A stretch of DNA of 64,000 nt from Candidatus Omnitrophota bacterium (GTDB lineage: Bacteria > Omnitrophota > Gorgyraeia > Gygaellales > Profunditerraquicolaceae). How positions within the stretch are numbered: the first letter of the stretch is position 1; every line of letters starts with the position of its first letter. The stretch covers positions 101,094 through 165,093 of the forward strand of contig JBAZKL010000001.1 of the NCBI GenBank assembly GCA_041650835.1, in the 5' to 3' direction. A program made the translations under genes and the position numbers. Shown piece by piece: positions 28,277 to 38,986 of the stretch. A model generated the notes under the pieces. That model ran no database searches. It had not been told where the DNA came from and saw only the letters and a program-made list of their open reading frames with translations.

Positions 28277-29784
28277 TTATACCTGCCTTTCACAAATGCC
28301 GCGAAAAAACCGATCAGGGCGAAAACAGACAATAGCTCGAGCCTGCCTGCCCACATCTCGATTATGTAGGTAATTTTCAATATCATCGGCATGCTTGCGT
28401 CGGTTATGCCGCAGGAAAGCCCGACGTTACCGGCAGCAGAGGTCGATTCAAAAAGAGCTTCCAAAAAAGGATATCCCAGCGCTACGCCTATAAGAGTACC
28501 CAATCCATAGAGGAGAAAATACCCAAAAGTGACGGTCAGGACCGCCCGCACTTGTATATCCTCAATGAACATTGTTCTTATATGATGGAATTTCTGCACG
28601 ACGACCGCGTTTGGTGAAAGCAAAATCCTTTTAATATCCTGCCTGAACGCTTTAAAGATAATGCCCGCGCGCAGCATCTTTATACCTCCGGCAGTCGAAC
28701 AAGCGCAGCCTCCCCAAGCCATGGCAATGATCATTCCTGTCAACGCAAAATCGCCCCATTCCTTAATGAACTGCTGCGCGTATATGGTCATATAACCGGT
28801 AGTGGTATGCGCCGAAATGATCTGGAAAAACCCCTTACGGAACAAGATCATGCCCTGCGTATAAACACCCCATTTTTTCAAGCCGGCCATCGTGATCAAC
28901 GTAACGATCATAACCACAAACAAGAACGTGCGGGCCTCGATATTTTTCCATATTTCCTTAAAATTACCTGTCCATACCTGATAATGCAGATTAAAATTAA
29001 ACGAGCCGATCACCATAAAGAAAATTATGACAATTTCATAGAGCAAGCTGTGATAATAAAGGATATTCAGGGATAGAGGAGAAAAACCCGCGGTATCAAA
29101 TCCGGCCATAAAAATGCAGGCTCCGTGCAAGAACGCGCTTTGCGGCCTTAAACCTATAGACATCCCGATGAACCCTAAGATGACGGTACCGAGTGCCAGA
29201 TACACTATACTGATCGCCCAAATAAAACGCGCCGTATGTATGACATTGGGAACTAATTTCTCATCGCGCCCCTCACCTATATACAGATTAAAAGACCCGC
29301 TGGTGCCCCCGACCAGAAAAGAGATCGCGATAATAGCGATCCCCTGCCCTCCCAGGAAAGGCCCAAAGTGGCGCCACAAATTATGCGTCCAGGAAAGATG
29401 ATCCAGGTCTTGCACCAGAGTCAGTCCGGTCGTGGTGAACCCCGACATGGTCTCAAAACAGGCATCAAGAAATGAACTATAGTGGCCGCTCAATAACAAT
29501 GGTATGGCGGACAGCGCCATAGCGGCCAGCCATGAAAGAGCAATGACGACCATTGCCGGGCCGGCATGTAGATCCTTATCCGTTTTGCAGAGCCAGCTTA
29601 AAGCTAAACCGATGAATATCGCGATATTAGCGCTTATCAAGAAATCAAAGGCAGGGCCGGGCTCTCTCAATAAAACAAGCCCCGCCATAAACGGCAGGAA
29701 CATGGTAAGGCCGATACCAAGAATGATCCTTCCCAAATAATAGCCGATGTTCTTAATATCGTTCAATTGAGGCTTCAGTATCAT
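28273..29784 (-). CDS. trkH: TrkH/KtrB family K+ transporter
   Basis: Repeated selectivity-filter-like motifs GFTTTG, TTTGYM and AGNVGLS in a 10-12-TM protein. Confidence 0.85.
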   Translation of the reverse strand: MILKPQLNDIKNIGYYLGRIILGIGLTMFLPFMAGLVLLREPGPAFDFLISANIAIFIGLALSWLCKTDKDLHAGPAMVVIALSWLAAMALSAIPLLLSGHYSSFLDACFETMSGFTTTGLTLVQDLDHLSWTHNLWRHFGPFLGGQGIAIIAISFLVGGTSGSFNLYIGEGRDEKLVPNVIHTARFIWAISIVYLALGTVILGFIGMSIGLRPQSAFLHGACIFMAGFDTAGFSPLSLNILYYHSLLYEIVIIFFMVIGSFNFNLHYQVWTGNFKEIWKNIEARTFLFVVMIVTLITMAGLKKWGVYTQGMILFRKGFFQIISAHTTTGYMTIYAQQFIKEWGDFALTGMIIAMAWGGCACSTAGGIKMLRAGIIFKAFRQDIKRILLSPNAVVVQKFHHIRTMFIEDIQVRAVLTVTFGYFLLYGLGTLIGVALGYPFLEALFESTSAAGNVGLSCGITDASMPMILKITYIIEMWAGRLELLSVFALIGFFAAFVKGRYK

Positions 29785-29912
29785 CGTAAATATTGAATTG
29801 CTGAGGCAAAAAGTAAACCTATAGCGATGATCACCATCGCATACGCCGCTTCCCAGAATATCCCCAGGATAACAGTAAATAATCCGCTGATTTTCTTCTT
29901 TAGATTAAACAT
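29781..29912 (-). CDS. Small hydrophobic peptide (43 aa) translationally coupled to trkH
   Basis: Unlisted ORF MFNLKKKISGLFTVILGIFWEAAYAMVIIAIGLLFASAIQYLR. Its TGA overlaps the trkH ATG (ATGA). Confidence 0.35.
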   Translation of the reverse strand: MFNLKKKISGLFTVILGIFWEAAYAMVIIAIGLLFASAIQYLR

Positions 29913-30065
29913 TTTTGACCACCCAAGGCGCGAACATGAAAATGCCAGAGAATAAAACACTCTGGCTCTTGATAAGACGAAACTAAAAATTGTATTTATT
30001 CTAAGAGATTACGATACGCTTGACTAACAAGGAAGGCAAGTCAAAAAAAGGTCAAAACGCAAAAG

Positions 30066-30767
30066 TTAATCGTCAGAACGCAGACGGTAGCCTACTGCCG
30101 GCTCCGTAAGGATGTAGGTCGGCCGATCGGGGTTGGGTTCGATCTTACTGCGCAAATTACTCATGGTTACACGCAAAAGGTGTAAAATGCCTTCATAATC
30201 TTCTGTCTTATCCCAGATCTCACGCAAGATCAGTTTATGCGTCAGCACTTTCCCCGCGTTCCAAAGCAGAAGTTTGAGGATGTCATATTCGGTAGGAGAC
30301 AAATTGATCACGGTATCTTCAACTGTTACCCGGCGGCAGGTAATATCCATGACAAGTTTACCGCAAGAGACGATCTCCTCTTTTTCCAAAGGCAAAAGCC
30401 GTCTCATAACCGCCTTCATGCGCGCCAGCAATTCTTCGAGAGAGAAAGGCTTGGTAAGATAGTCATCTGCCCCCGCGTCAAGGGCAGCGACCTTCTCAAG
30501 AGGGTCGTCTCTTACCGATAAAATAATAATAGGGATCTTTGTGCGTTTACGGATCCTTACAATAACTTCTCTCCCCTGCATATCAGGAAGCCCCAGATCA
30601 AGAATAATGGCATCCGGATGCGCGCTTACCGACTCTGTTAAAGCTTCTTTACCTTTTGTTGCTTCAAATACGCTATAACCGTACGCCGCAAGAGATGTCT
30701 TAAGAAAATCGCGTATAGATTTTTCGTCGTCCACCACAAGGATCCGTAAATTATTCTGTTCTGCCAT
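30066..30767 (-). CDS. OmpR-family response regulator (KdpE-like)
   Basis: REC domain (D-box LDLGLPD) plus a winged-helix Trans_reg_C. Confidence 0.85.
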   Translation of the reverse strand: MAEQNNLRILVVDDEKSIRDFLKTSLAAYGYSVFEATKGKEALTESVSAHPDAIILDLGLPDMQGREVIVRIRKRTKIPIIILSVRDDPLEKVAALDAGADDYLTKPFSLEELLARMKAVMRRLLPLEKEEIVSCGKLVMDITCRRVTVEDTVINLSPTEYDILKLLLWNAGKVLTHKLILREIWDKTEDYEGILHLLRVTMSNLRSKIEPNPDRPTYILTEPAVGYRLRSDD

Positions 30768-30775
30768 TATTGCCT

Positions 30776-31855
30776 TTACTCCAGCGGTAGTTCAATAATA
30801 AACGTGGAACCTTTGCCGAATATACTTTCCGCGCGGACACGGCCTCCGTGAGCCTCAATGATATTCTTTGAAATACTTAAGCCCAAACCGGTTCCCGGGA
30901 CATTTCGAACACTCCCTACCCGATAAAACTTGTCAAAGACCCGCCCCAGGTCTTCCTTAGGGATCCCATCACCGTGATCCCGGACAGAAATGCGCGCCTT
31001 TTTATCTGCGCAAAAAACCTCAATTTCAATCGAAGAGTCATCCGGCGAATACTTCAAAGCGTTATCCATGACATTCGAGAACGCCTTAAGCATATACGGG
31101 AAATCGACAGCTACTTCGGGAGTGTCCTGCGGGATATTTATTTTTACGTTCCGGCTGCCTATCTTATCATTGAGCTGCTCAAGGGAGGCGCCGATGAAAT
31201 CCCTCAGATCACACGGTTTTTTAGAGATCCGTAATACGCCTGATTCCGACCTCGTCATATCCAAAAGATTGTTGACTATGCGATTGAGCCTCGCGGATTC
31301 ACCGTAAGCTGTTTGTAAAAGACCGGTTTTTTGCTGCTCTCCAAGCTTTGATTTATTATCCAAAAGAGCGCTTAAAGCCCCGGTGATCGAAACAAGCGGT
31401 GTTTTCAGGTCATGGGAGATCGAGCTGAGAAGCGCTGAATGAAGCTTCTCTGTCTGGCGCTGAATGATCTGCGCCCTGACCCTGGAAGCCAGCGCGCTTA
31501 CGATAAAACCAACAGCTAAAAAAGCCGCGAAGGTAAAAAGATACTCAAAATCATGCACGTTCAAAGTAAGATATGGCGGGACTAAAAAGAAGTCGAATGC
31601 AAGGACGCTTAATACTGAAGTTACGATCGCCGGGCCCTGGCCCCAGCGGATCGCGGCTATTACGACGGCCAAAAGATAGAACATCACGATATTTGTCGGC
31701 TCAAGCCTTCTTTTGAGGAATTCACCCAACAAAGTCATGATGAAAACAAGCCCTGCGCTTATCAGGTAAGGATAGATCTTTTTCCGTAAAACCGTTATCT
31801 TTTGCATAGGGATAGCTCCGTGGTCATATTGTACCACGGTGATTCTCAAGCTCAA
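30776..31855 (-). CDS. Sensor histidine kinase resembling the KdpD C-terminal half (DUF4118-like TM domain, HisKA, HATPase)
   Basis: 4 TM, then SISHDLKTPL H-box and ATP-binding boxes. Lacks the N-terminal KdpD/Usp domains. Confidence 0.75.
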   Translation of the reverse strand: MSLRITVVQYDHGAIPMQKITVLRKKIYPYLISAGLVFIMTLLGEFLKRRLEPTNIVMFYLLAVVIAAIRWGQGPAIVTSVLSVLAFDFFLVPPYLTLNVHDFEYLFTFAAFLAVGFIVSALASRVRAQIIQRQTEKLHSALLSSISHDLKTPLVSITGALSALLDNKSKLGEQQKTGLLQTAYGESARLNRIVNNLLDMTRSESGVLRISKKPCDLRDFIGASLEQLNDKIGSRNVKINIPQDTPEVAVDFPYMLKAFSNVMDNALKYSPDDSSIEIEVFCADKKARISVRDHGDGIPKEDLGRVFDKFYRVGSVRNVPGTGLGLSISKNIIEAHGGRVRAESIFGKGSTFIIELPLE

Positions 31856-31892
31856 GGGAATAAAGACCCCGGATAAATAATGGAACCCGCGT

Positions 31893-32327
31893 TTAAGATA
31901 CTGATCTTAACCACGAATCAATTCTTTGCAAAATATTGTCCCTGACAGAGCGCGTTCTCTCCAACTTTTCTTCCCTGCTTCCTTCAAAGCTCGCCGGATC
32001 ATCAAAGCCCCAATGGATCCTTTGAGTGGCGGCAGTCCCGGGGAACACAGGGCACTTTTGCGCCTGAGATTCGTCACAAACTGTAATTACGTAGTCGTAG
32101 CGCCTGCCTTGTTTATAAAAATCAAAAACGCTTTTGGTTTTATTCTGAGAGATATCGATCCCTATCTCCCGCATAACTTCGATGACCAGAGGATTGAGTT
32201 TGCCCGGCTCAAGGCCGGCGCTTTCGGCTTCAAAGCGGTCGTTTGCCTTCTGTTTCAGGAAAGCTTCGGCCATCTGAGAGCGCGCCGAATTATGCGCGCA
32301 GACAAAAAGCACTTTTTTCTTATCCAT
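31893..32327 (-). CDS. arsC: Arsenate reductase / LMW protein-tyrosine phosphatase family (ArsC-like)
   Basis: CAHNSARSQMAE P-loop and a downstream CDES...CP Cys pair. Confidence 0.8.
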   Translation of the reverse strand: MDKKKVLFVCAHNSARSQMAEAFLKQKANDRFEAESAGLEPGKLNPLVIEVMREIGIDISQNKTKSVFDFYKQGRRYDYVITVCDESQAQKCPVFPGTAATQRIHWGFDDPASFEGSREEKLERTRSVRDNILQRIDSWLRSVS

Positions 32328-32348
32328 ATGTACCGGCTCCTTTCATTA

Positions 32349-33014
32349 TTATAACCTTTCAGGATGGTGCTTTACCACATCGGCTTTAACCATATATATT
32401 ACGTCTTCGGCGATATTGGTGGCATGATCGCAGATCCTTTCCAGGTGCCGGGCGATCAAAAGCAGCGGGACCGCGCGCGTCGCGGTAGACGGATCTTTAC
32501 TCATATAATCATCAACGAGCTCTTTTTGGACTAAATTACGCAATTTGTCGGCTTCGTTATCCCGCAAGATAACGAAGCACGCCAATTCCGCGTTTTTATT
32601 CACAAAAGAATCCAACGCGTCTTTTGTCATCTGCTGAGCGAGGTTGGTTAACTTCGGGATATCAATGAGCGGTTTAAGTAACGGCTTGCCCGCCAGATCA
32701 TGGACGCGTTCAGCGATATCTACCGCCAAATCGGCTATCCTTTCCAAGTCGGTGGTTATCTTCATAGACATGGTAATGAACCTCAGATCGATCGCCATGG
32801 GCTGCCTGAGCGCCAAGAGGTCAAGGCATCGCTCATCGATAGCATTCTCCATTTCGTCAATAACCTTATCTTCGCTGATTATTAACCCGGCCTTTTCCAT
32901 ATTGAGTTCTTTGAGCGCTTCCACAGATTCAAAGATCGCCTTCTCGACAAGCGTGCCCATTTTAAGCAGCTGCTGCTTTACATCCGTTAATTCCTGGTCT
33001 AAATGCCTTTCCAT
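32349..33014 (-). CDS. phoU: Phosphate signalling complex protein PhoU
   Basis: Two PhoU repeats (E.IADLAVDIAERV / ERICDHATNIAEDV). Confidence 0.9.
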   Translation of the reverse strand: MERHLDQELTDVKQQLLKMGTLVEKAIFESVEALKELNMEKAGLIISEDKVIDEMENAIDERCLDLLALRQPMAIDLRFITMSMKITTDLERIADLAVDIAERVHDLAGKPLLKPLIDIPKLTNLAQQMTKDALDSFVNKNAELACFVILRDNEADKLRNLVQKELVDDYMSKDPSTATRAVPLLLIARHLERICDHATNIAEDVIYMVKADVVKHHPERL

Positions 33015-33038
33015 AACATCACCCGCTTTCTCTATATA

Positions 33039-33799
33039 TTAACCGAACCTCCCGGTAATGTAGGCCTCGGTCCTGGGATCCTGAGGCTTGGTAAATATAT
33101 CCTGCGTCTTGCCGAATTCAATGAGCTCCCCAAGCAGGAAAAACGCGGTATGATCGGATACCCGCGCCGCCTGCTGCATATTATGCGTGACAATGACATG
33201 GTATATTCTTTTTTGAGCTCGGTAATAAGCTCTTCTATCTTGGCGGTAGATATAGGGTCCAGGCTCGCGCAGGGCTCATCAAAAAGGATTCCCTCGCTTT
33301 CGACCGCCAGGCAGCGCGCGATACATAAACGCTGCTGCTGCCCTCCGGAGAGCTTTAAAGCGCTTTCATGGAGCCTGTCCTTTACCTCCATCCATAACGC
33401 CGCTTTTTTGAGCGCCCATTCAACTTTTTCCCCGATAAAAGCCCTGTCTCTGGCCCCGTTGACTTTAAGCCCGTAGCTGATATTATCAAAAATGCTTTTC
33501 GGGAAAGGATTGGGTTTTTGAAAAACCATACCGACACGCTTCCTGATATCCACCGCGTCCACCGAAGCGTCAAAAATATTCTTCCCGTCAAGAAGTATCT
33601 CACCCTTAACGGTCGAACCGGCGACCAGTTCGTTCATACGGTTGAGCAGGCGTATAAAGGTGGATTTCCCGCACCCCGAAGGGCCGATAATAGCTGTCAC
33701 CTGTTCGTCGTAAATATCCATTGTGATATCTTTCAACGCCTGATTCTTCCCATAGAAAAAATCTACACCGCTGGCCTTGATCTTTACCCTGTTATCCAT
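33039..33799 (-). CDS. pstB: Phosphate ABC transporter ATP-binding protein PstB with an apparent 1-nt frameshift
   Basis: N-terminal 199 aa (Walker [19 protein letters not shown], Walker B) in one frame. The canonical C-terminus [20 protein letters not shown]...[10 protein letters not shown] is in the -1 frame from ~33198 and ends at 33039. Confidence 0.8.
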
Positions 33800-34640
33800 T
33801 CAAGCCTCTCTGTCTTTGACGAATGTAAATAGCTATCCCTGATATCAATAATACCATAAACAACAGGATCAGGCTGCATCCATAGGCGATAGCTTTTTGT
33901 TTATCCGGATGGGCCCCTTCGGTCATTAACGCGTAAATATGGTACGGCAATGCCATAACTTCATTAAAAATACTTTTCGGATAACCGCGCTTATAAAAAG
34001 CAGCCGCGGTAAAAAGGATAGGCGCGGTTTCACCGGCTACCCTGCCGATACTTAAGATCACTCCTGTCAGTATTCCCGGTAACGCGGTAGGTAAAACGAT
34101 CCTCTTGATCGTCTCCCATTTACTGGCTCCCAGGGCAAGCGATGCCTCACGGATGGAATGCGGGACAGCGATGAGCGCTTCCTGGGAAGCCGAAATGATC
34201 ATCGGAAGCACCAGTATCCCCAGCGTCAGGCTTCCCGAGAGGATCGATACGCCGAATCCGAAGAACTTGACGAATACCGCCAGTCCAAAAAGGCCAAAGA
34301 CGACCGAGGGGACCCCCGCGAGATTATTGATACTGACACGGATGATATTGACCACGACGCTCTTGGGTGAGTATTCGCACAGGTATACAGCGCAGGCAAG
34401 GCCTAACGGAACGGCAAAAAGCATAGAGCCTAAGGTCAAATAAAGCGTCCCTGCAATAACGGGCGCGACGCCTCCCTCGGTCATGGCATTGCGCGGAGGC
34501 AAAGTAAGGAATTCCCAGGACATCACCTGAATACCGCGGGAGAGAATAAAATAAATAATTATCCCTAAGAAAAATAATGTGGCCAGAATGCAAAGGAAGA
34601 GGGAAAATAAGCCTAAATTTTGGACGATATCGCGTTTCAT
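33792..34640 (-). CDS. pstA: Phosphate ABC transporter permease PstA
   Basis: 6-TM permease with an EAA-like loop, in pstSCAB order. Confidence 0.85.
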   Translation of the reverse strand: MKRDIVQNLGLFSLFLCILATLFFLGIIIYFILSRGIQVMSWEFLTLPPRNAMTEGGVAPVIAGTLYLTLGSMLFAVPLGLACAVYLCEYSPKSVVVNIIRVSINNLAGVPSVVFGLFGLAVFVKFFGFGVSILSGSLTLGILVLPMIISASQEALIAVPHSIREASLALGASKWETIKRIVLPTALPGILTGVILSIGRVAGETAPILFTAAAFYKRGYPKSIFNEVMALPYHIYALMTEGAHPDKQKAIAYGCSLILLFMVLLISGIAIYIRQRQRGLNG

Positions 34641-34677
34641 GGTTGCGGCCCTTTAATCGCCTGCGTGCTCAAACACC

Positions 34678-35562
34678 TTACCCGCTTAACCCCAATTTTA
34701 TCCTGAATTTGCGGGAAACGATCTCAGCGATGATATTAAACACAAACGTGATCAGAAATAAAATAAGCGCGATCGCGAAAAGCGCGTGATAATGGTCGCC
34801 GCCCATAGGGGCCTCCCCCATTTCAGCTGCGATCGCCGCGGTCATCGGGCGTACCGGGACCAGAAATGAATGCGGAATGACCGCTGCGCCTCCCGCGACC
34901 ATCAATACGGTCATGGTTTCACCGATCGCGCGGCTCATTCCTAAGATGATCGCCGTTGCGATCCCCGAGCCTGCCGCGGGGACCACTACCTGCGTTAAGG
35001 TCTGCCAGCGGTTGGCACCTATGGCAAAAGAAGCCTCCCGGAAAGAACGCGGCACATAACTTAAGGCGTCCTCGGCAATACTGCAAACGCTCGGCGTCGC
35101 CATAAGCCCGAGGATAAAGCTGGCGTTCATCGCTGTCATGCCTGTAGGAAGATTGAATGTTTTCTGCAAGAAAGGAGTGACGACGACCATTCCGAAAAAC
35201 CCGAAAACGACCGAAGGGATACTCGCCAGCAGTTCTATGACCGGCTTTAAGAACTGCCGCTGCTTGAAACCGGCGATCTCATTAAGGTACAAAGCGCTTC
35301 CTATTCCTAAAGGGACGCAAACGACCACCGCTCCCAAAGTAACCAGGGTTGACGCCAGTATCAAAGGAAATATGCCGAACTCAGCAGGACTATACGTCGG
35401 GTACCAATATTTGCCGAAAACAAAATCCTTGAAACTTACTTTCGAGAAAATCGGGAGGCTTTCATTGAAAAGAACGACCACTATCGCGATCAGGAATAAT
35501 AACGACGCGAAAGCTAATATCGTGAATATCCACTTATATAATTTCTCCTTTAATCGTTTCAT
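34678..35562 (-). CDS. pstC: Phosphate ABC transporter permease PstC
   Basis: 6-TM permease. Confidence 0.85.
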   Translation of the reverse strand: MKRLKEKLYKWIFTILAFASLLFLIAIVVVLFNESLPIFSKVSFKDFVFGKYWYPTYSPAEFGIFPLILASTLVTLGAVVVCVPLGIGSALYLNEIAGFKQRQFLKPVIELLASIPSVVFGFFGMVVVTPFLQKTFNLPTGMTAMNASFILGLMATPSVCSIAEDALSYVPRSFREASFAIGANRWQTLTQVVVPAAGSGIATAIILGMSRAIGETMTVLMVAGGAAVIPHSFLVPVRPMTAAIAAEMGEAPMGGDHYHALFAIALILFLITFVFNIIAEIVSRKFRIKLGLSG

Positions 35563-35623
35563 GTTTGAGTAAGATAGGGGAAGGGCACGGCGGTCTCACT
35601 TTGCCGTGCCCTTCCCTTCACAT

Positions 35624-36439
35624 TTACTTTAACCCGACATATCCTTCACCCTCAACGAGCGCCTGACCAGCCTTACTTTTTACAAAATCCAGATATTCTT
35701 TTACCATTCCTTGCGGCTTGCCCTTAGAATACATAAAAAGCGGGCGGGTCACGGGATATTCTCCGGATAAAACTGTTTCTTTTGAGGCCACGACCCCATC
35801 GATCTCAAGAGCCTTGATATCCGAGGTCAGGAATCCCAATCCGACATAACCGATCGCGGCCGGAGTCTGAGTAACGTTCTGGGCGACCGCTTGGTTTGAA
35901 GCCTGCATCAACGCGTCAGGCCTGACCTTCTGGTTGTCCATCACCAAAACCCCGAACGCTTCAAAAGTCCCGCTTGAAGTATCCCGGGAAATAACCACGA
36001 TCTTACCCGGATTACCGCCTATTTGCGACCAATCGGAAACTCTCCCCGCGAAAATGTCCTTTACCTGCTTTTTAGAAAGTTTAGATAACGGGTTGGATTT
36101 GTTCACTACTACCGCGATACCATCCATCGCGACGATATGAGCAACAGGGTCCCTGCCGTTCGCGGCCGCCTGCTGAATCTCAGTATCTTTGATCGCCCGT
36201 GAAGCATCGGCTATATCGCAGGTGCCGTCAATAAGAGCGGCGATACCAACGCTTGAGCCTCCGCCCCGCACCGATATATCGGCGTTCGCGTTTGAGTCCA
36301 TAAAAGCCTCAGCGGTCTTCTGCGCGATAGGAAGCACCGTTGTAGAACCGGCGATAACGATCTTCTCGGCGAAACAAGCTGTGGCAGCAAGGCTTAAACC
36401 CGCAATTCCCGCCAGCATCAACATGACAAACTTTTTCAT
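35624..36439 (-). CDS. pstS: Phosphate-binding protein PstS
   Basis: Signal peptide plus PBP-like IAGSTTV...SRDTSSGT motifs. Confidence 0.85.
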   Translation of the reverse strand: MKKFVMLMLAGIAGLSLAATACFAEKIVIAGSTTVLPIAQKTAEAFMDSNANADISVRGGGSSVGIAALIDGTCDIADASRAIKDTEIQQAAANGRDPVAHIVAMDGIAVVVNKSNPLSKLSKKQVKDIFAGRVSDWSQIGGNPGKIVVISRDTSSGTFEAFGVLVMDNQKVRPDALMQASNQAVAQNVTQTPAAIGYVGLGFLTSDIKALEIDGVVASKETVLSGEYPVTRPLFMYSKGKPQGMVKEYLDFVKSKAGQALVEGEGYVGLK

Positions 36440-36516
36440 AATACCTATCCTCCTTAGTTATTACCCGCTGAGAGCAGCGCTCTTACGGGCTATATTTTCC
36501 CGGGACTGCAGACCTC

Positions 36517-37818
36517 TTAAAACTTCAAGTTCCAATCAACCTGAATCAAAGTTTCCGGAGCAAACGGCTTTGCCAATTTCTGCGCGCGGTAAACGTCGAG
36601 TTCAAGCCATGTATTCTTACCTAAACCATACGCGAATTTAAATTCATGGGCCTTTATATTCGTCTGCCCGCCATAACGGTCGGAATCAGGCAAAATATCA
36701 AGGATCGCGTTTCTCTCAAGCCTGACAAAATTGTAGGTAGCCTGCCAATCGCCCCATCCGGCGATCTTCTCGGCTCCTAAACTCGCCCCGAACATCTGCC
36801 CGGTCTTATTATCATCCGGTACGACATCGGCTATATTAGTCACAAATTCACCGAATAATTTCAGCTGAGGCACATTAAGGAAACTAACGCCTAAAGCGCT
36901 GAACGGCTCTTTGATCTTAACTTCTACCGCGGGCGATACCGTAAAGAAATTCGCGGTAGGATACGCGAATCCTCCTTTTGAACCGGTGTTTGTATTTGTG
37001 CTGCCGTCCAAAGCATGATTTTTAACCACAAAATAATCAAGCGCGACGCCGCTCTTTAAAGAAATAGTATCCGACAATTTACCGGTAAAGCCCGGCTGCA
37101 TATGAACAAAATACGGGTCATCATTGCTGCCGCTGATCTCTTCCAGGAAATACACGCCGGATTTCAGGAACATGTTCAAGGAAGGATTAACCTTTTTATT
37201 TACGTCGAATGCCACGCCTTCAGGAGTGATATCGGTATCCCAGATCATATCTCCCGGCTCCCAAACCGAGTCGCTCAACAATAATTTCCCCCCGAAAAGC
37301 GCAAATCCCGGAAAAGGCATATACTTGGCGTAGGCGTAATCCAGGTTGAAGGGCTTTTTCGCGAAAGAATTACCTAAGGACTGGTTCGTGGAACGCACCG
37401 TATCGGCGCTGGTAGCGGTATATTCGTTGAGTCCCGTTCCCAAGCCGAAAGCAACAAGCAGCTTTTCATTGACCTTTGATTCCATTCCTAATCTCAGCCT
37501 GATACGCGCCCTCTGCCGATTATTCGTGATATCGTTGGCCGCCTTGGCATGATTGACCTGATAGCGAAGCCTGAAATCGCCTTTAAGTTTTATATTCTGG
37601 ACCCAAGCCGGCAAAGTCGCCGAAGTACTGGTCGCGATCTCTTTCTTTACCTGCTCCTGCGTCTCGATCTTGACCTGCTGCGCTTCCGCGCCGGTCAACA
37701 CCCCTTTTTCAACAAGCTTCTGTAACAAGAGGTCGATTTCTCCCGCGTATGAAGTACGCATCCCTGTTGCCGCTACGATAAATCCAAGCAATACTGCCGC
37801 TGCTACAAACTTCCTCAT
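36517..37818 (-). CDS. Outer-membrane porin, probable phosphate-selective OprO/P-like
   Basis: Signal peptide, N-terminal coiled coil, beta-rich body ending in ...WNLKF. Sits immediately upstream of pstS. Confidence 0.6.
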   Translation of the reverse strand: MRKFVAAAVLLGFIVAATGMRTSYAGEIDLLLQKLVEKGVLTGAEAQQVKIETQEQVKKEIATSTSATLPAWVQNIKLKGDFRLRYQVNHAKAANDITNNRQRARIRLRLGMESKVNEKLLVAFGLGTGLNEYTATSADTVRSTNQSLGNSFAKKPFNLDYAYAKYMPFPGFALFGGKLLLSDSVWEPGDMIWDTDITPEGVAFDVNKKVNPSLNMFLKSGVYFLEEISGSNDDPYFVHMQPGFTGKLSDTISLKSGVALDYFVVKNHALDGSTNTNTGSKGGFAYPTANFFTVSPAVEVKIKEPFSALGVSFLNVPQLKLFGEFVTNIADVVPDDNKTGQMFGASLGAEKIAGWGDWQATYNFVRLERNAILDILPDSDRYGGQTNIKAHEFKFAYGLGKNTWLELDVYRAQKLAKPFAPETLIQVDWNLKF

Positions 37819-38126
37819 TTTCCTTCCTCCTTTTAATAAGGCCTCAATTTACGGAACAGCTTAAACGTAAATTGCCGGGCCGGATTTTCCCCGCGCCGAA
37901 GCAAGGGGCACTCGTTATTGTATCCGCGTTCATCGATCAACTTTATTCTTGAGCGAATTGTTTATAAAAAAGATCCATTGCCCTTTGCTCTTCATCAAAA
38001 ACTTCTTTCAGGTATTCCGAGACCTTCTTGAGTATTTTTGCTATGATTTTATTCATCCTCTTTTAACCGTCTCTTCCTGCCGGCTTTCTTTCATTGCTTT
38101 AGTTTACAAAACCCAGGTAACAAAAT

Positions 38127-38156
38127 CCTTAACGCTTTGTGAACTTTCTGTGAAAT
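38127..38156 (+). promoter_or_regulatory. Conserved motif CCTTAAcG-TTTGTGAACTTTCTGTGAAAT (Pho-box-like direct repeats), copy i
   Basis: One of 4 copies of CCTTAAGG followed by TGTGAA-N5-(T/G)GTGAA with 11-bp periodicity. Confidence 0.45.
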
Positions 38157-38178
38157 CAAGAAAACTCAAATTCTCGCG

Positions 38179-38880
38179 TTAAGCCGACGAATCAAATTTG
38201 TACCCTTCTCCCTTTACTGTCCTGATCAACTGCGGATCTTCGGGGTCTTTTTCTATCTTTTCCCTCAAATGCCTTATATGGACATCGATGTTCCCGTATT
38301 CGACAATATTGTCCTGCCCCCAGACGGCATCCAGGATCGCGCTGTGGCTCAGTACTATACCGGGATTATTGATGAATAGCTTAAGCACGCCTCTTTCTTT
38401 CTCCGTAAAGGCTATTCTCTGATCGTTACGTTTTACCTCTAAATTTTCCTGATCGATCTCAAGTGAGCCGATCTTGATGATCTTTAAGCTTGAATTCTTG
38501 TTCTCCGACCGAGCTAAGACCCTTTTTACCCGCACTACCAGTTCGCGGGGGCTGAACGGCTTGGTGACGTAATCATCCGTGCCGAGGTCAAAACCCTTTA
38601 GTTTATCCTCGATCTCGGAAAGCGCGCTGAGTATAATAATAGGTATATGCCTGGTCTGCGGGTTATGCTTTAAACGCCGGCAGACTTCCCACCCGTCGAT
38701 CCTGGGCAGCATAATATCGAGGATAATAAGCGCGGGATTTTGAGTATTGCAGATCTCTAATGCTTCGATGCCATTGTTCGCGGAAACCACATCGTAACCG
38801 GCTATCGTCATATGAAAAGCGATCAACTTTATGATCTCCTTTTCATCCTCAACGATCAGTATCTTTCTTTTCAGCACCAT
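38179..38880 (-). CDS. OmpR-family response regulator (PhoB/PhoP-like), orphan
   Basis: REC plus Trans_reg_C. No adjacent kinase. Confidence 0.8.
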   Translation of the reverse strand: MVLKRKILIVEDEKEIIKLIAFHMTIAGYDVVSANNGIEALEICNTQNPALIILDIMLPRIDGWEVCRRLKHNPQTRHIPIIILSALSEIEDKLKGFDLGTDDYVTKPFSPRELVVRVKRVLARSENKNSSLKIIKIGSLEIDQENLEVKRNDQRIAFTEKERGVLKLFINNPGIVLSHSAILDAVWGQDNIVEYGNIDVHIRHLREKIEKDPEDPQLIRTVKGEGYKFDSSA

Positions 38881-38986
38881 ATCTGCTCCTTTTCGTAGCC
38901 GGCGAAATACGCCGTAATCGCGGGCAACGCAGCCTGGTATTTTCTCATGCTTACAAAGAAAGTATACAAAACCAAGGTTACAATAT

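Noticed and set aside
37949-38182. 77-aa plus ORF and a 37-aa minus ORF in the porin / response-regulator intergenic region
   Set aside because: No convincing RBS or conservation signal. The region more plausibly holds the promoter and Pho-box-like motif.
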